DNA of 64,000 bases from a virus: the IMG/VR virus record IMGVR_UViG_3300026078_000018. One strand, 5' to 3'. Positions 28,331 to 38,861 of this stretch are shown one piece after another. Both the position numbers and the translations under genes were made by a program. Within the stretch, counting starts at the first letter, position 1. Every line of letters starts with the position of its first letter. The notes below the pieces were generated by a model that was not told where the DNA came from, ran no database searches, and saw nothing but the letters and a program-made list of their open reading frames with translations.

Positions 28331-31300
28331 ATGCGCATCGTCGAAACCTACGACCCGGCCCCGGCCGAATACAGCGACGCCACCGGCACTCGCACCTGGC
28401 CCGTCGTCGCGCTCATCGAAGACGACGACGGCTTCCGCTGGCTCATCGCCGCCACCCAGATCACCGAGCACCACTGGCGCCGCGCCCTGGCCGCAGGCGC
28501 TGCCGGTGTCACCCAAGCGGCCCCCGGCAGGGGCTGGCACAGCGCCACCGCCGAACGCTACGCCGACCTGCGCGAGCACGGCGGCGAGCTCATCGCAAGC
28601 ACCGACATGCCGACCCTGATCGCTCTGCGCGAACAGGAAGCGGCAGCGCGTGCCCCCCGCCGCGCCGCCGGGTTCGTCAACCTGCACACCCATACCGAGC
28701 ATTCCCCGGTGGATGCCATCTCCCGGATCCCGCAGCTGGTGCAGATCGCTGCAGAACAGGGAGCTGGAGCGCTCGGCATCACTGACCATGGCTACTGCTC
28801 CGGCCATCCCGAGCTGCAGATTCAGGCTGCCGCCGTTGGGATTAAGCCGGTGTTCGGCATCGAGGCCTACTTCGTAGACGACGTCGAGCAGCGCGGCAGC
28901 GACCAGTATGACTACTGGCACCTGATCCTGCTCGCCCGTACTGATGAGGGGCTACGGAATCTGTGGGCGGCCTCCACCGAGTCGTTCCGGCGCGGCTTCT
29001 ATGGCAAGCCCCGCATGGACTGGGACATCCTCGGCCGCCATTCCGAAGGCCTCGTCGCGACTACCGCGTGCCTGGGCGGCCCCATTGCCGAAGCGCTCAA
29101 GCGCGGCGACGTTGACACTGCGGCCGCGCGCTTGACCCGACTTAAGGGCATCTTCGAGGACCGGCTCTACGCCGAGCTGCACGTTTACCCGACCGAAGAG
29201 CAGCGCTTCGTCAACAAGAACCTCGCCGACCTCGCCGCCATCTTCGAGATCCCCTTGGTTGCCGCTGCCGACTCCCACTACCCGCGCCCGGAGGACCACG
29301 AACGGCACCAGGTGTGGCTGGCCGCTGCCACCCGCAAGGACATCGGCGAAACCGGGATGTTCACTTCCGGCCGGTTCCACATGCACACCGCCGACGACAT
29401 CCGCGCCGCCCTGGACTATATGCGGCCCGAGCAGGTCGAGGAGGCTATCGCCTCTACGGTGGCTATCGCCAAGGCCGCTGAGGCCGAGATCCGTACCCGC
29501 AAGGTGTTGCCGCTGTACTCGCCGAAGTCCACCTACGACTCCGACGCCGAGCAACTGCGGAAGACCGCCCTGGCGAACTGGTCCAAGGTCGAGCCACGCA
29601 TCACGGATGAGACCTCCAAGAGGCTTTACACCGAGCGCTTCGAGCGTGAAATGAGCCTGCTGAAGGCTCAGAAGTTCTGCGGCTACTTCTTGATCGTCGC
29701 CGACTTCATCGGCTGGGCCAAGGGTCAGGGCATCCTCGTCGGCCCCGGCCGAGGCTCCGGAGGCGGCTCCTTGGTTGCCTACCTGATGGGCATCACCGAG
29801 ATGAACTCGGTCCGCTGGGATCTCCCGTTCGAGCGCTTCCTGACTCCGGGCAGGGAGTCCCTGCCCGACTTCGACACCGACTTCCCCGCCTCTAAACGTC
29901 CTGATATCTTCGCCTACTTGGCCCAGCGCTGGGGCAGCGAGAACGTTGTGTCCATTGGCACTGTGTCCCGCCTGCGCAACCGCGGCGTCGCCAAGGAGCT
30001 GGAGCGGGCCATGCGCCCCATGCTGCCGGACGGCTCGTTCGACGACATGGTGAAAGTCAGCAAGATTATCGAAGAGGCGGAGGCCGGGACCGCGGGCCTG
30101 GGCCTGTCCTGGGAAGACCTCTGGGACCAGCACGGAGATCAGCTGGCCGAATACCGTATGCGCTACCCGAACCTGTTCGATCACGCGGACCACCTAGTCG
30201 GCCTGCTCAAAACCTACGGCAAGCACGCTGCGGGCGCCGTCATTTCCACCGACGAACCGCTCACCGGCGTCATGCCGCTGCGTGGCGGCGAAGACGGCAG
30301 CCGGATGATCACGCAGTTCGACGATGACGCCGTCGAAATGCAGGGCTACATCAAGTACGACGTCCTCACTCTGACGACCCTGGACACCATCCAGATGACC
30401 ATCGATGCCATCGAGGAGCGCTGGGGCCATCGCCTCAACCTCTACAGCTTCGACAACGAGCTCGACGACCCCATCGTCTGGGACATGCTCTGCGCAGGCG
30501 ACGTCCTCGGCTGCTTTCAGATCGAGACCTCCCTGGGCATCCGCATGGTCCGCGACATGCAGCCCCGGAATATCGCCGACCTCGCCGACGTCATCACCCT
30601 GGTCCGGCCGGGCCCCCGCAACTCCGGCATCACCCGCACCTACCTCGCTCGCCGCAACGGCGAAGACGGGGTCACCGTCCCCGACGAGCGCCTGCGCGAA
30701 GTCTTGGCCCCCACCTACGGCACCATGATCTACCAGGAGCAAGTACTGGCCATCTGCCGGATCATCGCAGGGTACAACGATCTCGAAGCCGACGACATCC
30801 GCAAGATCCTCGGAAAGAAGAAGATCGACAAGGTCGACGCGGCGGGCCGCGACTTCGTGGCGCGCGCCATCGAACGTGGCATGTCCCGCAACGCAGCCCT
30901 GATGTTGTGGGGCCAGATGGCCGAGTTCTCCAAGTACGCCTTCGGCAAGGCCCACGCCTATGCCTACGGCCTGCTGTGCTACTGGACTGCCTTCCTGAAG
31001 ATCCACTACCCGGTGGAGTTCATGGCCGCGACCCTGTCCACCGTCAAAGACGAGCGGCTCCCGGTTTTCGTCAAGGAATCCCGGCGCATCGGGGTGCCGG
31101 TGCTGGCCCCGGACATCAACATCTCCGGCACCGGATTCACCATTGACAACGCCTCCGTCCGCTACGGCATCAGCTCCCTGAAGGGTGTCGGGGAGGCTGC
31201 CGCCGCAGAGATCATCGCCCACCAGCCCTACACCAGCATCGAAGACCTCGCCGAGCGCACCAGCAGCAAAGCCGTCACCCGCGGCACCATCGGCACCCTG

Positions 31301-31948
31301 GCGCTCGCTGGAGCCTTCGACACCCTCTACCCGCACCGCGCCGCCCTGGTCGCCCGGCTGAAGGCCGAGGCCTCCGGCGAGGCCACCCGCTGCCGGTTCA
31401 AGACCGACGACGTGCCGGAGGGGGAGCTGCCGTGCCGGTTCGACTGGGCCAGCGAACCGCCGCTGGTCAACCCGAAGACCGGGAAGAAGCTGAAGCCCAA
31501 GCCGCCGCCGAAGCGGTGCGTCAAGTCCTGCCGCCAGTACGCAGCCCCCGAGCCGTTCGACCCCGAGGCCGTACCCCGCTACACCCCCGAGCAGATCGGC
31601 GCCATCGAGCGCGAACTGTTCGGCCGCCACCTGACCTACAGCCCCTTCGACGTCATCGCCAACCGGGTCACCCGTGACGAGTTCCGGCACGTCGCCGAAA
31701 CCGCCGAAACCGCCTACGGCACCCACCTGCTGCTGGCCTACGTCGAGGACGTTGCCCCTCGCACCTCCAAGAACGGCCTGCGGATGGGCCGCATCACCTT
31801 GGCCACCGAGGGCCCCGACTTGGAGGCCGTCATTTTCTCCACCCTGTGGGAGAAGCTCGACCCCGACGCCCTGCGCGGCCGCCTGGTCGCCGCCGAGGTG
31901 CAGCACACCGACCGGGGCATGAACGTCAAATCCATCGAGCTCCTGTGA
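28331..31948 (+). CDS. dnaE: DNA polymerase III alpha subunit
   Basis: PHP HTHTEHS, ITDHG and DSHY; GRGSGGGS; PDFDTDF; KHAAG; YAFGKAHA. Confidence 0.96.
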   Translation: MRIVETYDPAPAEYSDATGTRTWPVVALIEDDDGFRWLIAATQITEHHWRRALAAGAAGVTQAAPGRGWHSATAERYADLREHGGELIASTDMPTLIALREQEAAARAPRRAAGFVNLHTHTEHSPVDAISRIPQLVQIAAEQGAGALGITDHGYCSGHPELQIQAAAVGIKPVFGIEAYFVDDVEQRGSDQYDYWHLILLARTDEGLRNLWAASTESFRRGFYGKPRMDWDILGRHSEGLVATTACLGGPIAEALKRGDVDTAAARLTRLKGIFEDRLYAELHVYPTEEQRFVNKNLADLAAIFEIPLVAAADSHYPRPEDHERHQVWLAAATRKDIGETGMFTSGRFHMHTADDIRAALDYMRPEQVEEAIASTVAIAKAAEAEIRTRKVLPLYSPKSTYDSDAEQLRKTALANWSKVEPRITDETSKRLYTERFEREMSLLKAQKFCGYFLIVADFIGWAKGQGILVGPGRGSGGGSLVAYLMGITEMNSVRWDLPFERFLTPGRESLPDFDTDFPASKRPDIFAYLAQRWGSENVVSIGTVSRLRNRGVAKELERAMRPMLPDGSFDDMVKVSKIIEEAEAGTAGLGLSWEDLWDQHGDQLAEYRMRYPNLFDHADHLVGLLKTYGKHAAGAVISTDEPLTGVMPLRGGEDGSRMITQFDDDAVEMQGYIKYDVLTLTTLDTIQMTIDAIEERWGHRLNLYSFDNELDDPIVWDMLCAGDVLGCFQIETSLGIRMVRDMQPRNIADLADVITLVRPGPRNSGITRTYLARRNGEDGVTVPDERLREVLAPTYGTMIYQEQVLAICRIIAGYNDLEADDIRKILGKKKIDKVDAAGRDFVARAIERGMSRNAALMLWGQMAEFSKYAFGKAHAYAYGLLCYWTAFLKIHYPVEFMAATLSTVKDERLPVFVKESRRIGVPVLAPDINISGTGFTIDNASVRYGISSLKGVGEAAAAEIIAHQPYTSIEDLAERTSSKAVTRGTIGTLALAGAFDTLYPHRAALVARLKAEASGEATRCRFKTDDVPEGELPCRFDWASEPPLVNPKTGKKLKPKPPPKRCVKSCRQYAAPEPFDPEAVPRYTPEQIGAIERELFGRHLTYSPFDVIANRVTRDEFRHVAETAETAYGTHLLLAYVEDVAPRTSKNGLRMGRITLATEGPDLEAVIFSTLWEKLDPDALRGRLVAAEVQHTDRGMNVKSIELL

Positions 31949-31956
31949 GGACCGAA

Positions 31957-32763
31957 GTGACCGACACTCTCTTCAGCCCGGTGCGCGCCTCCAGCGTGTA
32001 TGTGCCGGATGAGCAGCTGCACCTGATCCCGATGCTGCGGAATTTCCTCATCCCGTCCCTGGGCAACCTGCCGGACGTCATGCACTTCACCGCCTCGGGC
32101 CTCGCGCCGCGCACGTCGCCGCCGTCAGGCTACTTCTCCCCGTCGACCCACCCCACCTGGTCGCTGCGGGACCTGGTGCTGTACGCGATGGAGCCGACTT
32201 ACGTGCCGCCGGATCAGAAGGCGTTCTCGGACGACACCCAGATCTCCGCCCTGATGGGCACTATCTTCCACGTGATCTTCAACTACGCGTTCCGGGAGAT
32301 GGGGATCCTGGTGGCGCCGCCGGAGAAGAGCTGCCCGCTGTGCCACAAGCCCCGCGGCTACAAAGCCGGAGTCGACACCTGCAACGAGCACGTCGTCATC
32401 GACGAGAAGCTCAAGCGCCGCGGCCACGTGGACGGCGTGGTCAAGCTGCCGGACCTCGGCACCATCCCCATCGACGTCAAGACCTGCGCCCACCAAGCCA
32501 TCAAGTGGATCAACAATCACGACGCGCAGCCGTTCATCGAGGCCAAGGCAGGCAGCCTGAAGGCCAAGTACTACGGCCAGGCCCAGGAGTACCTGGCCAT
32601 GCGCGACGAAGACATGCTGATGTTCGTCTACATCGGCCTGGGCTATCCCTGGGAGATGCGCGAGATCATCATCAAGCGGGACCAGCCCTACATCGACGCC
32701 CTGCAGGCCAAGTACAAGCTCGCCCGGGAGATGGCCTCCCGCAGGGAGATCCCGCCCGCCTGA
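31957..32763 (+). CDS. PD-(D/E)XK (Cas4/RecB-like) exonuclease
   Basis: GTIFH, GHVDG, IDVKT and QAQEY motifs. Confidence 0.75.
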   Translation: MTDTLFSPVRASSVYVPDEQLHLIPMLRNFLIPSLGNLPDVMHFTASGLAPRTSPPSGYFSPSTHPTWSLRDLVLYAMEPTYVPPDQKAFSDDTQISALMGTIFHVIFNYAFREMGILVAPPEKSCPLCHKPRGYKAGVDTCNEHVVIDEKLKRRGHVDGVVKLPDLGTIPIDVKTCAHQAIKWINNHDAQPFIEAKAGSLKAKYYGQAQEYLAMRDEDMLMFVYIGLGYPWEMREIIIKRDQPYIDALQAKYKLAREMASRREIPPA

Positions 32764-32796
32764 TGTCCGCGCCGGGCCCGGCGGCCACCAAAGTGC

Positions 32797-33342
32797 GTGA
32801 GCCGACTCCTCCCACGCCCCATCGACACCGACCCGGCCCTGCTCGCCCGCGGCACCGTCCTCGCATTCGACGCCGCGCTGGCCAACACCGGCTGGTCGGT
32901 GATCCGCAACGACGGAGAGCATCTTGACGTGTTGAACTGCGGATGCGAACACACCTCCTCGCAGGCCACCAGCCACGAGAAGACCTACCAGCGCACAGAC
33001 GAGCTGATGAGCCACTTGACGCGGCTCATCGGCAACTGGGGTCACGCAGTCGACCACATCGTGGTCGAGCGGCCCGCAGTGGCAGGACACCGCATCGAAT
33101 CAGCCCTGATGGCCGCCTACGTCGTCCACCACGTCACCGGCGGCCGAGCGGTACTGGTATCCCGCCAGCACGTGCTGTCGCTCCTGCTCGGCCCCGGGAA
33201 CCACACCAAAGCCCAGGCGCGCGCCGCCGCTCGCCGTTGGATCCCCGACCGGGGTGCCGAGCCGTTCAACGAGCACATCGCCGATGCCGAGTTGCTCGGC
33301 ATCACCCACTTGTTCGACCTCGCCCATGGAGGTGTCTCATGA
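32797..33342 (+). CDS. ruvC: RuvC-like Holliday junction resolvase
   Basis: LAFD...TGW, IVVE, and HIADA motifs. Confidence 0.8.
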   Translation: MSRLLPRPIDTDPALLARGTVLAFDAALANTGWSVIRNDGEHLDVLNCGCEHTSSQATSHEKTYQRTDELMSHLTRLIGNWGHAVDHIVVERPAVAGHRIESALMAAYVVHHVTGGRAVLVSRQHVLSLLLGPGNHTKAQARAAARRWIPDRGAEPFNEHIADAELLGITHLFDLAHGGVS

Positions 33343-34016
33343 CCGCCACCGCCCCCATCGAGTTCTACGACGCCCCCTCCGCCACGGAGGAGCCCGTCGC
33401 GAGCCCGTCCACCCCCTCGGCGTTGTCGGAGGCCGTGGCCGAGCTGGACGAGGCCCTGGAGGGCCTCGACGAGCCGGAGCTGCCCGTCGAGCGGGAACGC
33501 ACTCTGCGCGCGCCGGGCTTCACCCGCATGCCGGTCAGCTGGCACGGCGATCACGCCCCCATGATCAGGACGATCAACGTCATGGCCGAGGAGTGGGTCC
33601 GCCAGGAGTTCGACGACTTGTTCGCGCTGAAGGAGGAGATCGAGCGCGCTGCCTGCCCGATCGATCTGTCCACCGGCGAGAAGGGACGCCCGGACTACGC
33701 CGCCATCCCCGAGACCCGTAAGCAGCACTGGGTGCTGGAGCTGTCGATCAAGTTGGTTGACTGGGAGCAGAAAGCCGCAGCGTTGTGGGGCGAGGCGATG
33801 ATGGCAAAGGTCATCCGCCAGGAAGTCTTCACCGACGCCTATCTGAACGCGGTGAAAGGCCGCACCGTGGAGGACCGCACCCAGTCCGGACAGAATGCGT
33901 CGCTGCAGGACTACTACTTCGCGGTGTTGTGCGCGCTGCGGCACAAGCATGCTGTGGCCGCGTGCTCCGGCGCTGAGCGGCTGTGTCAGCGCCTGAAGGA
34001 CTTCTGCGCACGCTGA
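33339..34016 (+). CDS. hypothetical helical protein
   Basis: GGAGG RBS; ATGA overlap with ruvC. Confidence 0.7.
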   Translation: MTATAPIEFYDAPSATEEPVASPSTPSALSEAVAELDEALEGLDEPELPVERERTLRAPGFTRMPVSWHGDHAPMIRTINVMAEEWVRQEFDDLFALKEEIERAACPIDLSTGEKGRPDYAAIPETRKQHWVLELSIKLVDWEQKAAALWGEAMMAKVIRQEVFTDAYLNAVKGRTVEDRTQSGQNASLQDYYFAVLCALRHKHAVAACSGAERLCQRLKDFCAR

Positions 34017-34285
34017 TTCATTCAGGTATATGTCAGGGCCATTATTAATAATCCCATCTTCACGGGTTCGCAGTGTTCTGTAATCAGTTTGGTGGGAACA
34101 GGCGATCGAACTAGGAAGATCCGGGGATGTTCATTTGATCACGCCATAACGCCGTTCCTATCCTGCGGACACAGGCGCCCCGATCACCTCGGGAATCTTC
34201 TCCTTTTCCTTCCGCGGGATCGGGTGTTGTTCACAACCCGGGGTGGTCGGGGCGCCGCCCACCACCGCGCACCCCGGGACGACAC

Positions 34286-34720
34286 ATGGCCACATCTCCT
34301 GACGCGCTGCCCACCGTCGGCGTGCTCCGCGAGCTCTTCCGCAACCTGCAGCCCTGGCGCTCCGCCGCCATCGAATACGGCATCGATTCCCTCACCGGCC
34401 CCGACGGCACCGAATACGCCCTCGTCGACATCGAAGCCCTCTACGCGCTGCGCCACCTGCTGTCTATGCGCCAGCGCCAGGCCATCGAGGCCTGCCTGGT
34501 CGCCGACCAGCGCGAGGTCGACGTCGCCATCGCCATGAGCGTCTCACCCACCAACCCCGTCGCGTCCTACGCCACCCAGGGCATGCGCCGCCTGCTGGCC
34601 ATGGCCGCGGAACAGCGCGCCGGACGTGATTCCCGCAGCCTCGGCCCCGAACCGCTGCCGTCCCGGCGTGAGGCCGAAGCCATGGCCGCCTGGAGCAGCC
34701 CGGAAGCGATCGCCGCATGA
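34286..34720 (+). CDS. sigma70 region-4-like HTH protein
   Basis: LS.RQRQAI......REVDVA.AM.VS...V..Y...G..RL. Confidence 0.65.
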   Translation: MATSPDALPTVGVLRELFRNLQPWRSAAIEYGIDSLTGPDGTEYALVDIEALYALRHLLSMRQRQAIEACLVADQREVDVAIAMSVSPTNPVASYATQGMRRLLAMAAEQRAGRDSRSLGPEPLPSRREAEAMAAWSSPEAIAA

Positions 34721-35094
34721 GCCGCGTCTGGTCCGGCGTCCATCCCCAGCTGGAGGACTACGCCGACGAACTCCTGCGACAGAGCTTCGTCGGCGTCACC
34801 CGCGCCGAGGAGCGCGGTGGCGTCCTGACTGCCTACATGCTCGCCTCCCGGCGCGCCCGCGAGGTCTACCCCGCCTCCGGCACCCCGGACCCGGCCATGA
34901 GGCAGGGTCTGTTCCATCGCGCCTACAACCCCGGCCGTCCCGACCTCAACTCCCGCGACGGCATCGCCGCCGCGGCCCCTGGACGTCTCGGCCGGGGCCT
35001 GCAACTGCAGACCGGCGGCACCTCCGCTCCCGTCGACCGGGTGACCCGCGCAGCCGCCCGCTCTGACAACGAACCCGAACTGCAGCCGTGGTGA
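34717..35094 (+). CDS. hypothetical protein
   Basis: ATGA coupling to the previous gene. Confidence 0.6.
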   Translation: MSRVWSGVHPQLEDYADELLRQSFVGVTRAEERGGVLTAYMLASRRAREVYPASGTPDPAMRQGLFHRAYNPGRPDLNSRDGIAAAAPGRLGRGLQLQTGGTSAPVDRVTRAAARSDNEPELQPW

Positions 35095-35729
35095 CCGGAC
35101 CGGCGGACACCGATGACCAGCCGCGCGCCATGGCCGAAGTCAAAATCGGCGGCAGGGTCTACCCCGTCGTGTCCCGCCCCAACTGCCGCACCTGCCAACA
35201 CCCCGACCGCCTGCACATCGAACACCAGATCATGTCCGGCATCTCCTACACCGCAGTCGCCGACTGGGCCGCGGACCAGGAAAACGGACACCTGCCACCT
35301 CCCGGGCCGGACTCCTTGGCCACCCACGCCAAAACCCACATGGGCATCCCCGGCCGGGTGCAGCGCGCCATCATCGACCGCCGCGCTGAGGACCTTGTCC
35401 TCGACGCTGACGACACCATGGCCGCCGACTATGTCACCCTCGCCCGGCTCCTGATCAAAACCGGCCTCGAAGGCCTCGCCGACGGCACCCTCAAACCCCA
35501 GCTGTCCGACATCCTCGCCGCCGCCAAATTCCTCGCCGAACACGACAGCACCGACGACGACCAGGACATCAACGCCTGGCGCGAAACCCTCATGACCTAT
35601 ATGGAGGTCGCGCGCCGCTATATCCCCGACACCGCGTGGCCTGCTTTCGCCGCCGAACTGTCTGGCCATCCCAACCTGCGCAAAACCACCCCCGCCCTAC
35701 CACCCGGCACAGAACGGAACCAGCCATGA
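35088..35729 (+). CDS. CxxC/HTH protein, possible small terminase
   Basis: CRTCQH.DR..IE....G.SY; two genes upstream of TerL. Confidence 0.5.
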   Translation: MVTGPADTDDQPRAMAEVKIGGRVYPVVSRPNCRTCQHPDRLHIEHQIMSGISYTAVADWAADQENGHLPPPGPDSLATHAKTHMGIPGRVQRAIIDRRAEDLVLDADDTMAADYVTLARLLIKTGLEGLADGTLKPQLSDILAAAKFLAEHDSTDDDQDINAWRETLMTYMEVARRYIPDTAWPAFAAELSGHPNLRKTTPALPPGTERNQP

Positions 35730-36130
35730 TCGACCTCTACGACTCCGAAGTCATCAAGATCGAACAGGTGCTGGACACGCTCAAGGCACGCGCCATCAAC
35801 CGCCGCAACTACGAAGACTTCGACCGCGAAATCAAAGAGAAGCTCGCCGAGGCAGGATTCGTCGCCACCGTCCACTGGTTCACCGCCGCGGGCCCCGACA
35901 AGGTCCAGATCCCCGACATGCTCATGCCCGAGATCACCATCGACGGCCGCATCGCCCCCGATGGCGCAGTCCTGGCCGCCGACCAGTTCGAGTTCGACCA
36001 CAACCAGCAAGTCCACGAGGTCACCCACAACCTGCTGGAACTCCCCGGCGAAGACGGCGTCATCAAAACCGGCCCCATCGACGCCGCCCACCGCGACATC
36101 CTCGACGCCCACAAGCACCACAAGCACTGA
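35726..36130 (+). CDS. hypothetical protein
   Basis: ATGA coupling; directly before TerL. Confidence 0.7.
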   Translation: MIDLYDSEVIKIEQVLDTLKARAINRRNYEDFDREIKEKLAEAGFVATVHWFTAAGPDKVQIPDMLMPEITIDGRIAPDGAVLAADQFEFDHNQQVHEVTHNLLELPGEDGVIKTGPIDAAHRDILDAHKHHKH

Positions 36131-36140
36131 AGACCCAGCC

Positions 36141-38234
36141 ATGGCGCGCGCCGGGATGCTGGACGGCTTCGGCCCGCGCCAGATCCATACCCTCTACACC
36201 GGGCTGCCGATCCCGGACCCCGTGACGTTCTGCGTCAGCCCCGACTACCTCAACCGCCCCAACCTCTATCCGAGGCAGGCCACACTCCTAAAGATCATCT
36301 TCCTGCGGGATGACCTATTCACCGATTACGACCACGCCGTCATCGACGAATGGGAAGCCGCCTACGCCGAGAGCGGCGAGGAAGGCATCTGCCCCCAGAT
36401 CCGCGAACGCATCCGCCTGCTCAAAGCACTCGGCGCGCGCTGGTTCAAGGAGGTGCTGCTGGTCCTGGGCCGCCGCGCCGGGAAGGGCCACATCTCGGCG
36501 ATCGCGATGGCGTATGTGCTGTGGCACTACATGGCCAAGGGCGACCCGCAGGAGCACTACGGCGTCGACCGCGACAAGAAGCTCGCCTGCATGATCTTCG
36601 CCGGGAAGCGCGACCAGGCCAAGACCAACCTGTGGGGCGACCTGGCCAACGTGATCACCGGTAGCGAGTGCTACACCCCCTACATCAACTCCGACCAGGC
36701 CGAGAAGCTCTCCGTCTACGTGCCGCACGACTTCGTCCGGCTGGCCGAGCTGCGCCGCAAGGGCCTTAACCCGGGCCGCGACCTGGCGACCCTGGAGATC
36801 CTGCCGAAGGAAAGCACCATGATGGCCGGTCGCGGACCTGCGTCTTGCGTGCTGGCCTTCGACGAGATGGCCCACGTCGTCGCGGCTGGAAGCAACCGGA
36901 GCGCCGAAGAGGTCTATACCGCATCTACTCCATCTCTGGACCAATTCGGACAAGACGCCTTTATTGTCGAGCCAAGCTCGCCGTATCAGATGACTGGTCA
37001 GTTCTATGCCAACTACCAGGCCTCTATCGCCATCGACGAAGAGACGGGCGTCCCGGAACGCCCCAACATGCTGATGCTGCAGCTGCCCAGCTGGGCCATC
37101 TACGTCGACTGGGAGCGCGCCGTCGACATCCCGCTGTTCCCCGAAGGCTTCACCGGCGACCTGGATGAGTACCTCCACACCCCGCCACCCGGCTTCAAGC
37201 GGCTCAAGGGCGCCATCCAGACCTACGACCGCGAGATGGAGCTGCTGGAAAGGGCCAACCCGGAAAGCTTCGCCGTCGAGCGCCGCTCCCACTTCGCCAC
37301 CGTCGTCGATGCCTACCTGCGCAAAGACCGGGTCGACGCCATGTTCACCCCCTGGTACGGGCGCCCGGCCATGTACGGGACGCCGCAGCTGGAGATGCAG
37401 ACCTCCGGCCCGCTGGCCATCATCTACCGCGGCCATGCCGACCCGAGCAAGAGCAACTGCAACTTCGCCGTCGCCGTCGGCCACTCCGAGCGGGTTCCGA
37501 AGACCCACCACACCGCAGTGGAACTCGCCATCATCGAAGCCGCCATGAACATGGGCGCCGCCCCGCCGGACACCGTCCTCTACGACAACCACGTGGTATT
37601 CGACCTGATTAAGCATTGGGAACCGGGTGACTTCGAAAACCACATCGTCGACTACGACGAGATCGCCGAATACATCCTTGACAACATCCTGCTCGCTTTC
37701 CACCCCACCGAATTCACGTTCGACCAGTTCAACTCGGCACAGACCATCCAGCAGCTCAACAAGGGACTGCGCCAGCACCGGCTGCCGAAGAACATTGCCG
37801 TCTACGAGAAAACCGCCACCGCCCCGCACAACTGGAAGCGCTACGAGACGTTCAAGACAGCCTTGAACCTGGGCCGCCTGCACGCCCCCGAATACGAGCT
37901 CGCCCAACTGGAACTGCAGTTCCTGCAAAAGCCCCCCAACATCGACAAAGTCGTGTGCCCGGACATCGGACCGGTCCAGACCAAAGACATCGCCGACGCC
38001 ATGTCTGAGGTCGTCTATGGCCTCATCGGCGACGAGATCACCATGCTGCGCGAACAGCTCGGCCGCACCCGCTTGTCCGGCGCCATGCAAGGAGGTACGC
38101 GCCCCGTCCCCCAAACCCCCAACCAGAGCGCCCTCACCGAAGATGACCCCCGACACGCCCTGTCAGCCGCCGGACGCCGCGGACGCTCACCCATGGGCGA
38201 CATGGGAGGCTTCGCACGCCCCCGCCGCCGCTGA
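36141..38234 (+). CDS. terL: terminase large subunit
   Basis: GRRAGKG Walker A, AFDEMAH Walker B, SSP, nuclease HADP / FDQFNS / KDIADA. Confidence 0.9.
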   Translation: MARAGMLDGFGPRQIHTLYTGLPIPDPVTFCVSPDYLNRPNLYPRQATLLKIIFLRDDLFTDYDHAVIDEWEAAYAESGEEGICPQIRERIRLLKALGARWFKEVLLVLGRRAGKGHISAIAMAYVLWHYMAKGDPQEHYGVDRDKKLACMIFAGKRDQAKTNLWGDLANVITGSECYTPYINSDQAEKLSVYVPHDFVRLAELRRKGLNPGRDLATLEILPKESTMMAGRGPASCVLAFDEMAHVVAAGSNRSAEEVYTASTPSLDQFGQDAFIVEPSSPYQMTGQFYANYQASIAIDEETGVPERPNMLMLQLPSWAIYVDWERAVDIPLFPEGFTGDLDEYLHTPPPGFKRLKGAIQTYDREMELLERANPESFAVERRSHFATVVDAYLRKDRVDAMFTPWYGRPAMYGTPQLEMQTSGPLAIIYRGHADPSKSNCNFAVAVGHSERVPKTHHTAVELAIIEAAMNMGAAPPDTVLYDNHVVFDLIKHWEPGDFENHIVDYDEIAEYILDNILLAFHPTEFTFDQFNSAQTIQQLNKGLRQHRLPKNIAVYEKTATAPHNWKRYETFKTALNLGRLHAPEYELAQLELQFLQKPPNIDKVVCPDIGPVQTKDIADAMSEVVYGLIGDEITMLREQLGRTRLSGAMQGGTRPVPQTPNQSALTEDDPRHALSAAGRRGRSPMGDMGGFARPRRR

Positions 38235-38441
38235 AGCAGGCGTTGCCCACAAGCGAAGCTCTTTGAGACCATCGGAGCGGCCTCGCCGCGGCACGGTGGT
38301 CCTGGCGGGACACCGGCTTCTTCGGCGAGGCCACCACCCATTCCGCAGCCGCGCGCAACGGCGATCATCGCGCTACGCTTGCCAAACCCGGAAAGTACAC
38401 CAGCCATAGCATCGGACACCTACACGACGGCGAGGAACTGC

Positions 38442-38861
38442 ATGCCCCGAAAGGCAGTCCCTTCGAGCACGAAATGCGTCACCTGCCACCACCCTCGCAG
38501 CTTCCACCCCGGCGGTGGCCGATGCCTGGCTGCACAGTGCTCCGCAGAGTGTAAGAAGTTCAAGATGCCGTCGCCTGCGGCGGCCACGACGATGCCCGTC
38601 GCGCCGGATCCCCGTGAACTGATCGCAGCACTGGATGTCCTGACCACCGTCGTACAGCGCGCGCCCAAGACCTACCGTGCCAAGGCTGCGATCAACCTGG
38701 AATGGTTCATCAACTCCTTCCCCACCCTGCGTAGAGCCGCCGGATCCTCAGACCGGCCCCTACGTCAAATTCTCGCCGACTGTCGCCAACCGCCCGCCGC
38801 GCCCCAAGACGCGGAGGTGGCCCCCGACGATGCCAGCAGAGAAGACACACCAGGACCATGA
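38442..38861 (+). CDS. Cys/His-rich hypothetical protein
   Basis: CVTCHH.RSFH....C....C...C; GAGG RBS. Confidence 0.55.
   Translation: MPRKAVPSSTKCVTCHHPRSFHPGGGRCLAAQCSAECKKFKMPSPAAATTMPVAPDPRELIAALDVLTTVVQRAPKTYRAKAAINLEWFINSFPTLRRAAGSSDRPLRQILADCRQPPAAPQDAEVAPDDASREDTPGP

Noticed and set aside
31957-32763. Cas4-like nuclease as evidence of a CRISPR system
   Set aside because: No repeat-spacer array or other cas genes seen; the context is replication/recombination
34020-34280. Possible structured leader before the sigma-like gene
   Set aside because: Only short complementary segments, with no second copy or covariation
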